A stretch of DNA of 61,197 bases, the filler included, from Sandaracinaceae bacterium (GTDB taxonomy: Bacteria; Myxococcota_A; Polyangia; Polyangiales; JADJQN01): NCBI GenBank assembly GCA_947483975.1. It is 4 parts of 4 records of this genome, joined end to end, with 100 filler letters (N's around TTAATTAATTAA, not from the genome) between each part and the next. Parts side by side here need not be neighbours in the genome. Positions count along the whole stretch, not along the records: positions 46,051 to 61,197 come from CANKOL010000097.1; 3 more parts are not named here. The stretch is one strand, 5' to 3'. Each line of letters begins with the position of its first letter. Within the stretch, counting starts at the first letter, position 1. Of the stretch, positions 59,059 to 61,197 are shown piece by piece. The notes below the pieces were generated by a model that was not told where the DNA came from, searched no databases, and worked only from the letters and a program-made list of their open reading frames with translations. The translations under genes were made by a program, and so were the position numbers.

Positions 59059-61197
59059 TCAGTGCTCGGCGAGCGCCCGGTCGATGGCCGCCTGAAACAC
59101 GGCGAGCGGCTGCGCGCCTTGCACGGAGCGACCGTTGACGAAGCTGGTCGGGGTGCCGATCGAGAGGCCGGTCGCGTCGGCGGCGGCGACATCGGCGCGG
59201 ATCACGTCGGCGTGCACGTGCGTGTCGAGGGCGCGGCGGAAGCGCGCCATGTCGAGGTGCAGGCGCGCGGCGTAGCGCTCGAGGTCGGACCGCTCGAGCG
59301 CCCGCTGGTTCTCGAAGAGCATCGCGTGCATCTGCCAGAACTTCGCGTCACCGCCCTGCGCCTGCGCCTCCATCGCGGCCTCTGCGGCGAGCTGCGCGTT
59401 CGTGTGGAAGGAGAGCGGGTAGTTGCGCCACACGAGGCGGATCTTGCCGGGATTGTTGGCCATCAGCGTCTCGAGGGTCGGCGTCAGGCGGTTGCAGAAC
59501 GGACACTGGAAGTCACTGAACAGCGTGAGGACGACGGGCGCGCGCTCCGGACCCTTGCTCGGCGCGCCGACGCGCTCCTGCACGCGGTAGACGGTGTCTG
59601 TGTTCGGATCGGGCGCCGGCGCGACGACCTCGTTCGGGTTCGGCGCGGCGGGGGCCTCCGCGTTGAGCCCGTTGGAGGTGAGCTGCGCGTAGACCTCGGA
59701 GGGGAGCGTCCCCGTGATGGTCAGCGCGCGCGCGTAGCGGAGCTCCTCGTCGATGAGCGCGGTGAACGCGCTGAGGGGCTGCGCGCCGACGAGCACGCGC
59801 CCGTTGATGAAGAACGTCGGCGTGCCCGCTGCGCCGATGCGGTTGCCGAGCGCGCTGCTCGCCTGAAGCTTCGGGAGCTGCGCGCGGGTGTCGAGGGCGC
59901 GGCGCACGCCGACGAGGTCGAGGCTCTGCTCGCGGGCATAGCGGAGGAGCGCGTCGCGCGAGAGCTGCTGCTGGTTGGCGTAGAGCGTGTCGTGCATACG
60001 CCAGAAGCCAGCGTCGCCCTGCTGCGCGTAGGCCTCCCGCGCGACGAGCGCCGCGGGCTCGGCGTCCGTGTGGAACGGCAGCGGCTGGTCGCGCCAGACG
60101 ACGCGCACATCCGTCGGGTAGGCGCGCTCGATCTCGGCGAGCGTCGCCGTCGCGCGGCCGCAGAATGGGCACTGGAAGTCGCTGAATTCGACGATCGTGA
60201 CGAGCGCGTCCCGCGGCCCGCGCTGCGGATCGTCGGCCTCGACGGGCACGTTGTAGCGCTGCACCACGGGCGCGGAGGGGTCGACGGGCGGGTCTGCGGA
60301 GTCGGGGGTCGGCTCGGTGCCGATGCCGTCGAGGGGCGGGTCGTAGGGCTCGACGGGCGGCGCCGTGCTCGCGTCGCGGGCGGCCATCACCGCGCCGAAG
60401 ACGACGAGGGCGACGGGGGCCATCAGGCACATCCCGACGAGCGCGAGCAGGCCGATCACCCAGGGCCACACGCTGCCGCCCTTGCGCGCAGGCTGCTGCA
60501 ACGGCGGGCTCGCGAAGGGCGCGGACGCGCCGTAGGGCGACTGCGGCGGCGCACCATACGGTGACTGCGGCGGTGCGCCGTAAGGCGACTGCGGCGGGGC
60601 GCCGTAGGGTGAGATCGGCGCCACGGGGCGCGTCAGCGGCGCGGCGCCGTATTGGGCGGCGTAGGCGCCGGCGACGACGGGCGCGGGCGGAGCGACGGGC
60701 TTCGGCGGGGCGAGGAGGCGCTGGATCTCGTCGCGCATCACGCGGGCGTTGGCGGGACGCGCGCCGGGGTCGACGGAGAGCGCGCGCTCGACGAGGAGCA
60801 CGATGCCGCCCGGCGTCTGCGGGGCGACCTCGGCGAGCGACGGGCGCGGCGGGTGCGGCGGCGCGTGGCCGGCGATCAGCTCGTAGAAGATCGCGCCGAC
60901 GGAGTAGGTGTCCGCGGCGGGCGTCACCCAGCCGGAGCTGCGCGCCTGCTCGGGCGAGACGTAGGTCGAGTCGGCGGTCGCCGCGAGCTGCCGCGGGAAG
61001 CCGAAGTCGAGCAGCCGCACGCCCTCGCTGCCGTCCGGGTTGCGCGTGAGGACGACGTCGTCGGGCTCGAGCCCGCGGTGCGCCTTGCCCGCGTCGTGCG
61101 CCGGGGCGAGCGCGTCGAGCACGCGCCCGACGATCGCGACGGACTCGCGCGGAGACAGCCCGCCGCGCGCGATGCGCGAGCGCAGGCTCTCGCCCTC
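59059..61197 (-). CDS. Ser/Thr kinase-like domain - Pro-rich linker - TM - two DsbA-like thioredoxin domains, 5'-partial
   Basis: HRGLEP, LLDFG, YVSPEQ, ADTYSVG; TM helix; two FSDFQCPFC...GTPT.F.NG domains. Confidence 0.88.
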   Translation of the reverse strand, partial: EGESLRSRIARGGLSPRESVAIVGRVLDALAPAHDAGKAHRGLEPDDVVLTRNPDGSEGVRLLDFGFPRQLAATADSTYVSPEQARSSGWVTPAADTYSVGAIFYELIAGHAPPHPPRPSLAEVAPQTPGGIVLLVERALSVDPGARPANARVMRDEIQRLLAPPKPVAPPAPVVAGAYAAQYGAAPLTRPVAPISPYGAPPQSPYGAPPQSPYGAPPQSPYGASAPFASPPLQQPARKGGSVWPWVIGLLALVGMCLMAPVALVVFGAVMAARDASTAPPVEPYDPPLDGIGTEPTPDSADPPVDPSAPVVQRYNVPVEADDPQRGPRDALVTIVEFSDFQCPFCGRATATLAEIERAYPTDVRVVWRDQPLPFHTDAEPAALVAREAYAQQGDAGFWRMHDTLYANQQQLSRDALLRYAREQSLDLVGVRRALDTRAQLPKLQASSALGNRIGAAGTPTFFINGRVLVGAQPLSAFTALIDEELRYARALTITGTLPSEVYAQLTSNGLNAEAPAAPNPNEVVAPAPDPNTDTVYRVQERVGAPSKGPERAPVVLTLFSDFQCPFCNRLTPTLETLMANNPGKIRLVWRNYPLSFHTNAQLAAEAAMEAQAQGGDAKFWQMHAMLFENQRALERSDLERYAARLHLDMARFRRALDTHVHADVIRADVAAADATGLSIGTPTSFVNGRSVQGAQPLAVFQAAIDRALAEH
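60526..60612 (-). repeat. Intragenic 24-bp tandem repeat encoding SPYGAPPQ x3.6
   Basis: Read directly; synonymous differences between units. Confidence 0.9.

Overview
Very GC-rich bacterial DNA whose gene content points to Myxococcota (Polyangiales/Sandaracinaceae-like; inference). It is not contiguous: three identical 100-nt linkers (N44-TTAATTAATTAA-N44 at 15317-15416, 30647-30746, 45951-46050) join four roughly 15-kb contigs, so adjacency across them is meaningless. Contig 1: lytic transglycosylase, dnaJ, two tandem Cys-rich repeat lipoproteins, OmpA/TSP3 protein, two tandem PAS hybrid kinases, AgmX/PglI-type protein, hemW. Contig 2: fabD, DUF4388 protein, bolA-grxD, class III cyclase, TPR protein, rlmL-like methyltransferase, an SsuA/NMT1-like protein divergent from an unusual cobalamin-binding radical SAM protein, a metallophosphoesterase, and an MsrQ-like gene coupled to a diheme cytochrome c. 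Contig 3: crtI-crtB-crtE-crtT-crtU carotenoid operon directly after recF, dnaN, oriC, dnaA, outer-membrane protein, ECF sigma/anti-sigma, AraC regulator, Lnt-like hydrolase. Contig 4: hydrolase, mevalonate-pathway cluster, carboxylesterase, DUF1517 protein and a pseudokinase-TM-tandem DsbA fusion. The best candidate for an undescribed system is the B12-radical SAM protein (25242-27431), which carries in one reading frame an internal lipoprotein-signal-like segment and five copies of a [H/Y]-x-[S/T/A]-E-x-[A/I]-[P/A] motif, suggesting an enzyme fused to its own exported substrate. No tRNA, rRNA, CRISPR array or transposase was recognised. All family calls come from motif recognition by eye, not database searches.
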